Shown piece after piece: positions 1 to 10,048 of a stretch of DNA of 64,000 bases; positions within the stretch are counted from its first letter, which is position 1; the number at the start of each line of letters is the position of its first letter. The notes beneath the pieces are model-generated. The model was not told where the DNA came from. It ran no database searches and worked only from the letters and a program-made list of their open reading frames with translations. This DNA comes from Campylobacteraceae bacterium (lineage in GTDB: Bacteria; Campylobacterota; Campylobacteria; Campylobacterales; Sulfurovaceae): positions 2,886-66,885 of the forward strand of contig JAMOSL010000028.1 of the NCBI GenBank assembly GCA_027063105.1. Reading direction: 5' to 3'. Made by a program: the position numbers and the translations under genes.

Positions 1-72
1 TTATTGCGTTCTTTGCGTTAAAATCTAAGTGTAATGATTAGGTAGTTGAAATAATAATTCATCAACGATTGC

Positions 73-89
73 CCCCAGTTAAACTGGGG
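73..89 (-). terminator. G/C-rich hairpin just 3' of the nuoN stop; possible end of the nuo operon
   Basis: ccccag-ttaaa-ctgggg forms a perfect 6-bp stem 22 nt downstream of the nuoN stop. It is the only G/C-rich element in an AT-rich spacer. There is no clear U-tract. Confidence 0.35.
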
Positions 90-110
90 ATAATATAAAA
101 TTACTAAGGA

Positions 111-1601
111 TTAATATCCACTAGCACTTACCATATAGAAGATATATGATATTAGAGGTTGCATGAAGAATACTGATGATACAGTTGCAACAACAGCTAT
201 ACCAATAATTGTCATTAGAGGTTTTGTAATATTGTAATAAACTGTTTTATTATCATTTGATGGAGCCATTAAAAACATATATACTATTAATTTCAAATAA
301 TAATATGCTGCGATAGCTGAATTTAGACCCATTATAATTGCTAACCATATATAACCAGAATCAACTGCTGCACTCATGATATAAATTTTTCCCCAAAACA
401 CAGAGAAAGGTGGAATACCTGCTAAAGATAACATAAATAGACCCATTACAGCTGCACCCATTGGCATAACTTGAACTAACCCAGCAAATTTTTCATAAGG
501 GTGATCAAATCTATCATGGTGTACATTGTTTTTATGTCGGCTAATCCATAGCATTGTAAATGCTCCGAGGTTAGTAAACATAAATAATCCATAATATAAG
601 AATACACCTGTATTTGCTTTTGTTGTATCAAGGGCAATGGCTGCCATAACAAAACCAGCATGAGAAATAGAACTATATGCTAACATTCTCTTCACATCTT
701 GTTGAACTAATGCCATCATATTTGCTAATGTCATAGTAAGAACAGCCAAAACTAGAATTAAGATTCTAACCCACTCTATCCCTAAATCTATATACATACC
801 AAATATACGCATAGCAACAACAAATACAGCAATTTTAGGAACAATTGACATATATCCTGCTAGTGGAGCAGAAGCACCTTCATAAACATCAGGTGCCCAA
901 GTATGGAATGGGAAAAGAGATAATTTAAATCCAAATGCAACTAGTAGAAATATTGAACCTACCAATATTGCACCCATAACTGCTGGTTCATCTATTCTAC
1001 CTTGAAGTACATCAGCTACTTGATAAAGTTCAACACTTCCTGTAAGAGCATAGATAATAGCAGAACCCATAACAAAGAAACTTGCTGCTAATGCACCCAT
1101 AGTAAAGTATTTAATTGATGCTTCAATGGCATTATCTCTATTATGAAGAGCAATAAGTGTATATAATGATAATGAAGATGTTTCAATACCTACAAATATA
1201 AGAATAAGGTTATCACTTGATACCATAAATTGGAATCCAGCAATCATAAATAAGAAAAGTGCAAAAAATTCTGGATATGAGTATTCATGAAATCTTTTAG
1301 ATGTAAGGGCTAGAGGAATAAATAACATAGATGCTATTAATATTAATAGTTGGGAAACAATTGAAAGTCCATCAATAAGCATTACGTCAAAAAATCCCCG
1401 TTCATTTACATTTAATCCCATAACTGAACCGAAATCAATAAATAGAATCAAAATTGTCATCATAACATAGAGAGATTTATGCAATCCATCTTTTAGTAGG
1501 TCGATTATTAATATAATTAATCCACCTGCGATAGCAATAAGCATTGGTGATAGTGTAACTAAGTTTAAAGAAGCTAAACTCACATTAATTGGCTCTAACA
1601 T
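111..1601 (-). CDS. nuoN: NADH-quinone oxidoreductase subunit N
   Basis: 496-aa polytopic antiporter-like protein with the motif [18 protein letters not shown]. It is the last gene of the nuo operon and shares a TAATG stop/start overlap with nuoM. Confidence 0.93.
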   Translation of the reverse strand: MLEPINVSLASLNLVTLSPMLIAIAGGLIILIIDLLKDGLHKSLYVMMTILILFIDFGSVMGLNVNERGFFDVMLIDGLSIVSQLLILIASMLFIPLALTSKRFHEYSYPEFFALFLFMIAGFQFMVSSDNLILIFVGIETSSLSLYTLIALHNRDNAIEASIKYFTMGALAASFFVMGSAIIYALTGSVELYQVADVLQGRIDEPAVMGAILVGSIFLLVAFGFKLSLFPFHTWAPDVYEGASAPLAGYMSIVPKIAVFVVAMRIFGMYIDLGIEWVRILILVLAVLTMTLANMMALVQQDVKRMLAYSSISHAGFVMAAIALDTTKANTGVFLYYGLFMFTNLGAFTMLWISRHKNNVHHDRFDHPYEKFAGLVQVMPMGAAVMGLFMLSLAGIPPFSVFWGKIYIMSAAVDSGYIWLAIIMGLNSAIAAYYYLKLIVYMFLMAPSNDNKTVYYNITKPLMTIIGIAVVATVSSVFFMQPLISYIFYMVSASGY

Positions 1602-3127
1602 TATTTTGCCTCCTTAATTGTCTTACTAAGTATTATTGTCTCTTTTGCTTCAGCAGTTTGTGCCTTTTCATGCATAAAACTAATTAATGCTTTCACACTT
1701 GTATCAATTGGTTCTAAAACAGGTTTAGGATATACGCCAAGCCATATAACAATAGCTACAAGAGGAACAAGAGCAGTTAATTCTCTACCATTTAAGTCTG
1801 GTAAATTTTCATTTTTTTCATTTGTAATTGGTCCAAAGAAAGTTCTTTTATATAGTCTTAACATATAAACTGCACCAAGTATAATAGTTGTACCAGCTAG
1901 TATAGTTGCAATTGGAGATATACTATAGAAACCTAGAAGAACTAGAAATTCTCCAACAAAACCGATAGTTAAAGGTAATCCAACTGATGCCATTAACATA
2001 ATACCAAAGATAAGAGCATATTTAGGCATAACCGAAGCTAACCCACCAAACTCACTCATCATTTTCGTACCTCTTCTGTCATATATTACACCAACTAACA
2101 TAAATAATGCACCAGATACAATACCATGTGATAGCATCAAAAAGATTGAACCACTGATACCCTCTGCATTCATTGCGAATGTACCAAGAACAATAACACC
2201 CATATGTGATACAGATGAGTATGCAATGACTTGCTTTATATCCTCTTGTGCATAAGCTATCATTGCTGTATATATAATCATAATGACGGCTATGACAGTG
2301 ATAAATGGAATCATAATTACAGAAGCATCAGGAAATAACGGAAGAGAAAATCTAACAAAACCATAAGTACCCATTTTAAGGAGTACAGCTGCTAGTATAA
2401 CAGAACCAATTGTTGGTGCTTGTCCATGTGCATAAGGTAACCAAGTGTGGAATGGAAACATTGGTACTTTAATTGCAAATCCTGCAAAAAGAGCTAAAAA
2501 TAACCATATTTGATAATCAACAGGTAGTACCAATGCATACCAATCGGTAATAGAGAAACTCCAAACACCTGATACACTTTGGTATAAATAAGCCATAAAT
2601 AATAGACCAACAAGCATGATTAAAGAACCTGTAAATGTATACAAGAAAAATTTAATAGATGCATATATTCTTAGAGGTCCACCCCATGCACCAATAATAT
2701 ATAACATTGGAACAAGAGATAATTCCCAGAATAGATAAAATACAATCGCATCAAGAGCTACAAAAACACCAATCATTGTCATCTCTAAAAATAGAAGAGA
2801 TATAATCATATTTTTAATATCTTTTTCAATACTCATGCCTATCATACCAAGAAGAGTCATTAGTGCAGCCATAACTACGATAAATAGACTGATTCCATCA
2901 ACACCTACATAATAATTTATGCCAAAATCAGGAACTAAAGGAATGAGTTCTATAAACTGCATTCCAGCATTTGTTCCATCAAAACTCATCCAGAGCCAAA
3001 TAGCAAGTAGTAACTCTACTGTTGCTACACTGATACCATAAACTCTAGCGCTACTTTTATCAACAACAAACCCCAACAATCCTGCAATTGCGGGGAAAAA
3101 TATCAATACACTTAAAATATTATCCAT
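1601..3127 (-). CDS. nuoM: NADH-quinone oxidoreductase subunit M
   Basis: 508 aa with the ND4/NuoM-type motif [20 protein letters not shown]. Operon position fits. Confidence 0.93.
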   Translation of the reverse strand: MDNILSVLIFFPAIAGLLGFVVDKSSARVYGISVATVELLLAIWLWMSFDGTNAGMQFIELIPLVPDFGINYYVGVDGISLFIVVMAALMTLLGMIGMSIEKDIKNMIISLLFLEMTMIGVFVALDAIVFYLFWELSLVPMLYIIGAWGGPLRIYASIKFFLYTFTGSLIMLVGLLFMAYLYQSVSGVWSFSITDWYALVLPVDYQIWLFLALFAGFAIKVPMFPFHTWLPYAHGQAPTIGSVILAAVLLKMGTYGFVRFSLPLFPDASVIMIPFITVIAVIMIIYTAMIAYAQEDIKQVIAYSSVSHMGVIVLGTFAMNAEGISGSIFLMLSHGIVSGALFMLVGVIYDRRGTKMMSEFGGLASVMPKYALIFGIMLMASVGLPLTIGFVGEFLVLLGFYSISPIATILAGTTIILGAVYMLRLYKRTFFGPITNEKNENLPDLNGRELTALVPLVAIVIWLGVYPKPVLEPIDTSVKALISFMHEKAQTAEAKETIILSKTIKEAK

Positions 3128-3138
3128 CTATCTACTCC

Positions 3139-5049
3139 TTAAGCTTTTAATGTATAGATTGTTGCTACAAGTAACATTATAACTAATCCAACTGCCATCC
3201 AGTTAAGATAGTTAGAGAGGTTACCTGTTTGCATTTTTCTAGTATTATCCCCACCTTTATAGAACATATTCGCAATTCCATCTACAGTGGCATCAACAAT
3301 TTTCATATCAACAGATTTCCATAGCATAGTTGAAATCAAAGCATAAGGCTTAGAGATAAACTCTGCATAAAAAGCAGGGATATAATACTGATTTTTCAAA
3401 AGTTGATAGATAAAACTATTTTCAACTTTTTCATTTCTAACCAAACCATTAGCATATTTTTTATAAGCTAATAATATTCCACCAATAGCAAATATTAGAA
3501 CAAGAATTCCTAAATATAATGCTAATTCATGCGTATGATGACTCATCTCATAATTTGGCATAATTTCTAAACTTGTCGTAATAAACTTGTGAAATTCTTC
3601 TTGAAAGAATCCAGCTATCATTGCTAATAGTGCTAATGGACTCATTGCAATAAGTACAAATTTATACATTTCATGTGGATGAATATTAAATTCTTTATAT
3701 CTTTCATTTCCATCAAAGGTTAAGAACACTTGTCTAAAGCTATAAAATGCTGTCATTCCAGCTGTTACAACAAGTATTGTCCATAAAACTAAAGTACCTT
3801 CATTAAATGCTGTTTCAATAATTGCATCTTTTGAGAAGAAACCAGCAAATGGTGGAATACCTGCAAGAGCTATAGAAGCGATACCCATATAGAGGTAAGT
3901 TCCTCTCATCACCCTTTTAAGTCCACCCATTTTAAAGATGTCTAGTTCATCATGCATTGCATGCATAACATTACCAGCACCTAAAAATAGAAGAGCTTTA
4001 AAGAATGCATGAGCTGCTAAATGGAAAAGTGCAATCCAGTAAGCTCCTAATCCAGCGGCAGCGAACATATAACCTAACTGTGAAAGTGTAGAGTACGCAA
4101 TAATTCTTTTAAGGTCTCTCTCTATTAAAGCCATAGATGCTGCAAAGAATGCTACAAATGTACCAAGAGATGCTATAAAGAAGCTAACTTCAGATACTTC
4201 AGGCATTGAATATAAAGGGTTAGCTCTAATTACTAAGAAAACCCCTGCTGTTACCATTGTTGCTGCATGAATTAAAGCAGAAACAGGTGTAGGACCTTCC
4301 ATTGCATCTGTTAACCAAGTATGTAGAGGAAATTGTGCTGATTTTCCCATTGCTCCAATAAATAGTGCAATAGCAGCAGTTGTTAAAATTGCATCATCTA
4401 AATATGGAAGTGCAGGGAAAACAACATCATATTGAAGTGAACCTGTACTCCAGTAAAGAACAAAGATACCAACAAGCATAGCAAGGTCAGCAATACGGTT
4501 TACAATAAATGCTTCATTTGCTGCCCAAGATGGAGAGATTGATGGATTAACATCTGGAGACTCATCAGGTTTATGATACCAAAAACCAATAAGTAACCAA
4601 GAACAGACACCAACTCCTTCCCAACCAATAAATAATCCTGCAAAGTTATCACTCATAACAAGTATTAACATAGAGAATACAAATGCTGATAGGTAAGAGA
4701 AAAATCTGTTAAAACTTTTGTCATGATCCATATAACCAATAGAATAAATATGAACAACAGTCGAAACTAAAGTTACAACAACCATCATTGTAACACTTAT
4801 CTGGTCAACAACGAATCCAAATGGAATATCTAAATCACCAGCACTGATCCAATCCATCATTGTAACATGAATACCATGACCAGTCTGAACAACATAAGTT
4901 GCAAGAATAGCTGAGGCAACAAATGAAGTTGCTAATAGAAGTGAAGAGATTACTCCAATAAAAGTCTTTTTAGGAGTCATTCCAAAAAGAGCAGCAAAAA
5001 GAGAACCAACTAACGGTGCAAAAAGTGCAATATATACAAACTTTTCCAT
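3139..5049 (-). CDS. nuoL: NADH-quinone oxidoreductase subunit L
   Basis: 636 aa with GKSAQFPLHTWLTDAMEGPTPVSALIHAATMV (ND5/NuoL signature) and a long C-terminal extension. Confidence 0.93.
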   Translation of the reverse strand: MEKFVYIALFAPLVGSLFAALFGMTPKKTFIGVISSLLLATSFVASAILATYVVQTGHGIHVTMMDWISAGDLDIPFGFVVDQISVTMMVVVTLVSTVVHIYSIGYMDHDKSFNRFFSYLSAFVFSMLILVMSDNFAGLFIGWEGVGVCSWLLIGFWYHKPDESPDVNPSISPSWAANEAFIVNRIADLAMLVGIFVLYWSTGSLQYDVVFPALPYLDDAILTTAAIALFIGAMGKSAQFPLHTWLTDAMEGPTPVSALIHAATMVTAGVFLVIRANPLYSMPEVSEVSFFIASLGTFVAFFAASMALIERDLKRIIAYSTLSQLGYMFAAAGLGAYWIALFHLAAHAFFKALLFLGAGNVMHAMHDELDIFKMGGLKRVMRGTYLYMGIASIALAGIPPFAGFFSKDAIIETAFNEGTLVLWTILVVTAGMTAFYSFRQVFLTFDGNERYKEFNIHPHEMYKFVLIAMSPLALLAMIAGFFQEEFHKFITTSLEIMPNYEMSHHTHELALYLGILVLIFAIGGILLAYKKYANGLVRNEKVENSFIYQLLKNQYYIPAFYAEFISKPYALISTMLWKSVDMKIVDATVDGIANMFYKGGDNTRKMQTGNLSNYLNWMAVGLVIMLLVATIYTLKA

Positions 5050-5051
5050 TA

Positions 5052-5354
5052 TTACCCTTTCATAGATGCTAAATCATCAAGATTAAGCGTTCCAAATTTT
5101 TTGTAAAGAACAATTAAAAGTCCTAAACCAACTGCTACTTCACTAGCTGCTACTGCGATAATAAAGAAAGCAAACATTTGACCTGTCAAATCATTATAAT
5201 AATAAGACACTGCAGCAAAAGCTATATTTGCTGCATTTAACATAATCTCTGTTGCAAAAAATAACATCAAAAGATTTCTTCTTCTTAAAACTCCTACAAG
5301 ACCAACTGAAAATACTAATCCAGAGAGTACAAGGTAATGACTAAGACCTATCAT
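5052..5354 (-). CDS. nuoK: NADH-quinone oxidoreductase subunit K
   Basis: 100-aa, three-helix ND4L-like protein located between nuoJ and nuoL. Confidence 0.9.
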   Translation of the reverse strand: MIGLSHYLVLSGLVFSVGLVGVLRRRNLLMLFFATEIMLNAANIAFAAVSYYYNDLTGQMFAFFIIAVAASEVAVGLGLLIVLYKKFGTLNLDDLASMKG

Positions 5355-5908
5355 TTTATTATCTCCTCTTTTTCTATTATTATATCTTCTTGAGTAGTTA
5401 AACTATTATCCATTTTTTTACCTGCTAATATAATACCTGAAATCATTGCAACTAAAAGCATAAGCGCAGCAACTTCAAATGGAACTAAGTATTTTGTAAA
5501 TAGAACTAATCCAACTGATTGAGCATTTCCTGCACCTTCTATCGGAGGATACATAGATTGAATATTATCACCCATAATTGGAGCTATAAATATAATTACT
5601 AACATTAAGGCGATCATACCACCTAAAAAGAATACTAAATAATTTGATGTTGTATTCTCTTTAATATCTCGAGTAGCATCAAAGAACATCATTGCAAATG
5701 CATATAGAGCCATTACAGCTCCTACATATACTATTAATTGAACTACACCTAAAAAATCTGCTTCCAATAGGAAGAAGAAACCAGAAATAAAAACCATGCC
5801 TCCAGCTAGTGAAGTCATAGCATAAAGTATATTTTTTGTTAAAACCGTTACTAAAAAAAGTCCTATAGTTAGGACTGAAAATAAATAAAAGGCTATTTGT
5901 TCATACAT
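5351..5908 (-). CDS. nuoJ: NADH-quinone oxidoreductase subunit J
   Basis: 185-aa ND6-like membrane protein with a 4-nt overlap with nuoK. Operon position fits. Confidence 0.88.
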   Translation of the reverse strand: MYEQIAFYLFSVLTIGLFLVTVLTKNILYAMTSLAGGMVFISGFFFLLEADFLGVVQLIVYVGAVMALYAFAMMFFDATRDIKENTTSNYLVFFLGGMIALMLVIIFIAPIMGDNIQSMYPPIEGAGNAQSVGLVLFTKYLVPFEVAALMLLVAMISGIILAGKKMDNSLTTQEDIIIEKEEIIK

Positions 5909-5925
5909 TTTTTCTCCTTTTTATT

Positions 5926-6549
5926 TTAGTACGCAAGTGGCGTTTTCTTGATATTCTCATCAGCATTTGGACTAACAGCACCAAATCCATCAAATTCTTT
6001 CTGTTGCTTAAGTGCATCAATAGGTGTTAGCATATCTTCAAATAATGAAAAACTAGCTCTCTGTTCCGAAGCTGTTTCATATCGTCCACCATGAACAATT
6101 GCAAGTTCAGGACACACTTCTGCACAATATCCACAAAATATGCATCTACCAAAGTTAATTGTATATTCACTAACCTCTTTTCTTTGATTTTCATCATATC
6201 TTGTATCCATTTTAATACAATCAGAGATACAAATTTTTTCACATAATCCACACCCAATACATCTATAGTGACCACTTTCAAGAAGTCTTAACATATCATG
6301 TATTGCTCTATATCTTGGAGAAATAGGAAGCTTCTCTAAAGGATATTTAATTGTATGCATTTTACCACCAAAGAGAGCATTTTTCATCTCTCTAAGGGTT
6401 ACCCATAGTCCAACAAAAAGTTCACCTTTAACAGTTCTTTTTGCTACTTGACCGAACTTACCTAATCCTGTTTCAGGGGTATGTTCTAAATCTAACATTC
6501 TGTAAGATTGTTCTCCTACATTTCTATTTTTAAATTCTTCTAAACTCAT
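5926..6549 (-). CDS. nuoI: NADH-quinone oxidoreductase subunit I (2x[4Fe-4S] ferredoxin-type)
   Basis: Two CxxCxxCxxxCP-type motifs (CIGCGLCEKIC and CIFCGYCAEVCP). 207 aa. Confidence 0.92.
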   Translation of the reverse strand: MSLEEFKNRNVGEQSYRMLDLEHTPETGLGKFGQVAKRTVKGELFVGLWVTLREMKNALFGGKMHTIKYPLEKLPISPRYRAIHDMLRLLESGHYRCIGCGLCEKICISDCIKMDTRYDENQRKEVSEYTINFGRCIFCGYCAEVCPELAIVHGGRYETASEQRASFSLFEDMLTPIDALKQQKEFDGFGAVSPNADENIKKTPLAY

Positions 6550-6558
6550 ATCTACTCC

Positions 6559-7587
6559 TTATATCATCATCACAATAGCTGTGATGAGAATGTTTACTAG
6601 GGCTAATGGCATAAGAACTTTCCAACATAGCCACATTAATTGGTCTGGTCTGATATGTGGCCAAGATGCTCTAACCCATAACATCAGAAAGAAGAAGAAT
6701 GAAATTTTAAGAATTATAATAAACCAACCAGCAATAAATCCTAAATCATTATATCCACCAAGGAACATTACAGATGCTAAAATAGCTACTGTAATCATAT
6801 TAGCATATTCACCAATAAAGAACATACCCCATCTCATACCACTATACTCTGTTGCATACCCAGATATAACTTCTGCTTCATGTTCAAGAAGGTCAAATGG
6901 TGTTCTGTTTGTTTCTGCAAATCCTGCGATTAAGAATAAAACAAATGCTACAGGTTGTTGCCAAATTAGCCACTCTGTAAATTCACCAGCTTGATATTCA
7001 TTGAAATCTACTAGAGATAATGAACCAACTAACATGATAGGTGCTAAAATAGATAACCCTGTAACAACTTCATAACTTAAAAATTGGATAGCTGTTCTAG
7101 CACTTCCGATAATACCCCATTTATTAGCTTGAGCCATACCTGCTAAAAGTGGACCATATAATCCAGCAGCCATCATTCCTAAAACAAATAATATACCAAC
7201 ATTTATATCAGCTGCTATTGATGGTACAAATGTTCCACCTAATATTGGAATAAATTCAGGAATTATAAAGTCAGGAAAAACAGGTACGGATGCTAAAGCT
7301 ATAAATGCTGTTGCTGCTGTAATTGCTGGTGCTATTTGAAAAATTAATTTATTAGCATTTTGTGGAATAATATCCTCTTGAGTAAAAAGTTTAATACCAT
7401 CTGCTGCAATTTGTAAAAGACCAAAAGGACCAACATGAGTAGGTCCTAATCTTCTTTGCATAAATGCCAAAATCTTACGCTCTATATAAGTACCAAATCC
7501 AGCTATTGCTGAGATTATTGTCAGAATAATTATCGCTTTGATAACTACTCCTAGACTGGTAACTTCAGGTAATACTGTTGCGTCCAT
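6559..7587 (-). CDS. nuoH: NADH-quinone oxidoreductase subunit H
   Basis: 342 aa with an ND1-type signature (RRLGPTHVGPFGLLQ; EAEVISGYATEYSGMRWGMFF). Confidence 0.93.
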   Translation of the reverse strand: MDATVLPEVTSLGVVIKAIIILTIISAIAGFGTYIERKILAFMQRRLGPTHVGPFGLLQIAADGIKLFTQEDIIPQNANKLIFQIAPAITAATAFIALASVPVFPDFIIPEFIPILGGTFVPSIAADINVGILFVLGMMAAGLYGPLLAGMAQANKWGIIGSARTAIQFLSYEVVTGLSILAPIMLVGSLSLVDFNEYQAGEFTEWLIWQQPVAFVLFLIAGFAETNRTPFDLLEHEAEVISGYATEYSGMRWGMFFIGEYANMITVAILASVMFLGGYNDLGFIAGWFIIILKISFFFFLMLWVRASWPHIRPDQLMWLCWKVLMPLALVNILITAIVMMI

Positions 7588-7589
7588 AT

Positions 7590-10046
7590 CTACACCTTTT
7601 TAATTGTTACGATTTTATATCTATCTCTACCAAATAGAGAATATACATCTTTGTCACTTTTGAAATCAGGGATAGATACAATATCGCCACCCATTCTATC
7701 ATCAGCTACTACACCTAATACCATACTTTCTTTTCCAAAGTTAACTTCAACTTTATCACCTAAGGCTTTTGCCTTAGAAGGACTTGCATAAAGAGAGAAA
7801 CTCTCAAAGATTTGATGTGTTTTATCTGTGAAATCATTAAATTGTCTTTGAGGATTACATCTATATGCAATTTCTCCATCTAAGACAATACTATCATCAA
7901 ACTTGTTTACTTCAAAATCACTATCTCTTTTCATTAAGTTTTCTAAAGCATAACCTCTATTCTCTTCACCACTATTTGTATAACCATTTGGTAAATCATC
8001 AAAGTTAGCAGAGATAAATCCTCTTTTTGATGCAAGTAAAGGAGTCCAATCAATAGTTAAATCTTGATTACATCCTAAAGATTTCATCAAATCATTTAAC
8101 TCATAGCCTTTATATTCCAATGCAGAATTTGTTGGAGTAACTCTTTTATTCATATTTGTAAGAGTTCCCTCTTGTTGATTCATTGCTGGAATATCAAAAT
8201 CTCCACTTCCTAAAGCAGATATTTCAAAATCACCTATTTCATTATATCCAACAACATATCCATCTTCACTCTCATCAAGTTCACAAATTAATGCTACACC
8301 TAAAGAGTTGGTTTTTGGTGGTATCATCGCTACTTTCATGTTACAACTAGTTTCAATTAATGCAACAAGGTTAGCTAAATTTTTAGCTTTAGGATGATAA
8401 TATAAATCCTCACCTATTATTAGGGAGAATGTCTCTTTTTTCTTCATGATTTTAGTAAATGTATCAGCAAATTTAGAATCACCACCAACAAGAGTTACTA
8501 ATTCATTAACATCTACTTCAACCTCTTTCTCAACCATTTCAGGAACTTTCTTAGTTATCTCTTTACTCTCACCAGTAGCTTTATCTGTCACTGTTTCTGT
8601 GATAGACTTCATTACTTTCTCTTTAACTATTACTGTTTTAGTTGAATGGAATGAGTTAATATAATCTATAGTATCTTCTGCTAATTTTGATTTATCTGCG
8701 AATAGGTCTAAAATAAGATATAAAACTGCCTCTTCTTGACCGACTTTATGGGCAAATGTAACTATATTTTTACCCATATCTGATATTAAAGAGTCAGCAA
8801 TTGGATGGAAATATAAACCTGAACCTTTATTCATTTTTTGAATATTATTAAAGGCGTATCTAGCATTTGGATTATCATTTCTTAGACTAGCTCCAACACT
8901 AATTACAAAATCCGTTTTCATAATCTCTTTAAAATCACTACCATAAAGAATTTGACCTGCTGGTTTTGAATATGCTCTTAAGAATTGTTGAAAAGCATAA
9001 GCATCAGAGTTAACTAATTTTTTACCAAATTCATCTTTCAGAGTTTGAAGCATTAAAGCCTCTTCATTAGTAATAACAGAGTTGAATTTAATTGTATCAG
9101 CTTTTTTAAGTGCTTCTACAGCCCTATCAAATGCCTCTTTATCTTTACCTTCTACACGATTTTCAAAATCATAACCAAATCTACCAGCTCCACATAGAGA
9201 TACATAGTTCCACTCATTTGTAACTCTATAAATCTTCTCTGTCTTATCTTCTATCGATGTATGTTTTGTTTCATAATAAATCTGGCAACCACTACTACAA
9301 TGAGCACAAGTTGCAGGAACTCTTTTTAATTCCCATGCGTTAGTTGTATATACAAAATCTTTACTAACTAAAGCACCCACAGGACATACAGCAATACACT
9401 CACCACAATCACTACAATTTGTTTGGTCTGTTCCATTACTTGGCACAATTACAGATTTTTGTAATTTATTCCACATAGCATAGGCATCTTTTGGCATTAA
9501 ACTTTTCTGCTCTTTACCAAGCTTTTCTCCACCTCTAGGGCCTGTTTTAATGGCACTATCACCCATCATATCTTTACATACTGTAGTACATCGTTCACAC
9601 ACAATACATAAACCTGCATCATAATGTAAAATACTACTCCATTCTATAGTTTCTCTTTTTGTATCAGGTATCATATAACTCTGTGAGTCAACACCTAATT
9701 CTAGAGTATAATTTTGAAGTTCACACTCACCACTTTGGTCACATACTCCACATTGAAGAGGGTGATTAACATCATAAACTTCCATAATAGCTCGACGCTC
9801 TTCTAAAATCTCTTCAGTTGTAGTAGTAACTTCCATCCCATCTTTGGCTTTAGCATTACATGCATAGACTCTTTTTCCATCAGCTTCTACCAAACAGATA
9901 CGACAAGCTAATGTTGGCGAACATCTTGTAAGGTAGCAGATAGCAGGAATAAATATATCATTAGCACGGGCAGCATTTAGAATATATTCACCCTCTTGAG
10001 TTTTATATTCAATACCGTCAATTTTAATTGTTATTTCATTACTCAT
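7590..10046 (-). CDS. nuoG: NADH-quinone oxidoreductase subunit G (distal of two tandem paralogs)
   Basis: 818 aa. The N-terminus has 2Fe-2S Cys spacing (CYLTRCSPTLACRIC...C). Then come HPLQCGVCDQSGEC, CIVCERCTTVC and CSDCGECIAVCP, followed by a large molybdopterin-oxidoreductase-like domain. Confidence 0.88.
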   Translation of the reverse strand: MSNEITIKIDGIEYKTQEGEYILNAARANDIFIPAICYLTRCSPTLACRICLVEADGKRVYACNAKAKDGMEVTTTTEEILEERRAIMEVYDVNHPLQCGVCDQSGECELQNYTLELGVDSQSYMIPDTKRETIEWSSILHYDAGLCIVCERCTTVCKDMMGDSAIKTGPRGGEKLGKEQKSLMPKDAYAMWNKLQKSVIVPSNGTDQTNCSDCGECIAVCPVGALVSKDFVYTTNAWELKRVPATCAHCSSGCQIYYETKHTSIEDKTEKIYRVTNEWNYVSLCGAGRFGYDFENRVEGKDKEAFDRAVEALKKADTIKFNSVITNEEALMLQTLKDEFGKKLVNSDAYAFQQFLRAYSKPAGQILYGSDFKEIMKTDFVISVGASLRNDNPNARYAFNNIQKMNKGSGLYFHPIADSLISDMGKNIVTFAHKVGQEEAVLYLILDLFADKSKLAEDTIDYINSFHSTKTVIVKEKVMKSITETVTDKATGESKEITKKVPEMVEKEVEVDVNELVTLVGGDSKFADTFTKIMKKKETFSLIIGEDLYYHPKAKNLANLVALIETSCNMKVAMIPPKTNSLGVALICELDESEDGYVVGYNEIGDFEISALGSGDFDIPAMNQQEGTLTNMNKRVTPTNSALEYKGYELNDLMKSLGCNQDLTIDWTPLLASKRGFISANFDDLPNGYTNSGEENRGYALENLMKRDSDFEVNKFDDSIVLDGEIAYRCNPQRQFNDFTDKTHQIFESFSLYASPSKAKALGDKVEVNFGKESMVLGVVADDRMGGDIVSIPDFKSDKDVYSLFGRDRYKIVTIKKV

Positions 10047-10048
10047 CT

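Noticed and set aside
6581-6994. 137-aa plus-strand ORF, the largest of many track ORFs lying antisense to or out of frame within conserved genes. The others are at 476-661, 6027-6281, 8446-8664, 12909-13097, 16707-16889, 19092-19301, 19975-20217, 20520-20792, 22493-22696, 33644-33838, 34352-34567, 35288-35476, 36522-36710, 36732-36938, 40073-40267, 41570-41761, 45281-45598, 46277-46489, 49105-49296 and 49377-49655.
   Set aside because: Each lies wholly inside a strongly supported gene on the other strand or in another frame. They have low-complexity, AT-codon-driven composition, no ribosome-binding site and no recognisable motif. They are typical shadow ORFs.
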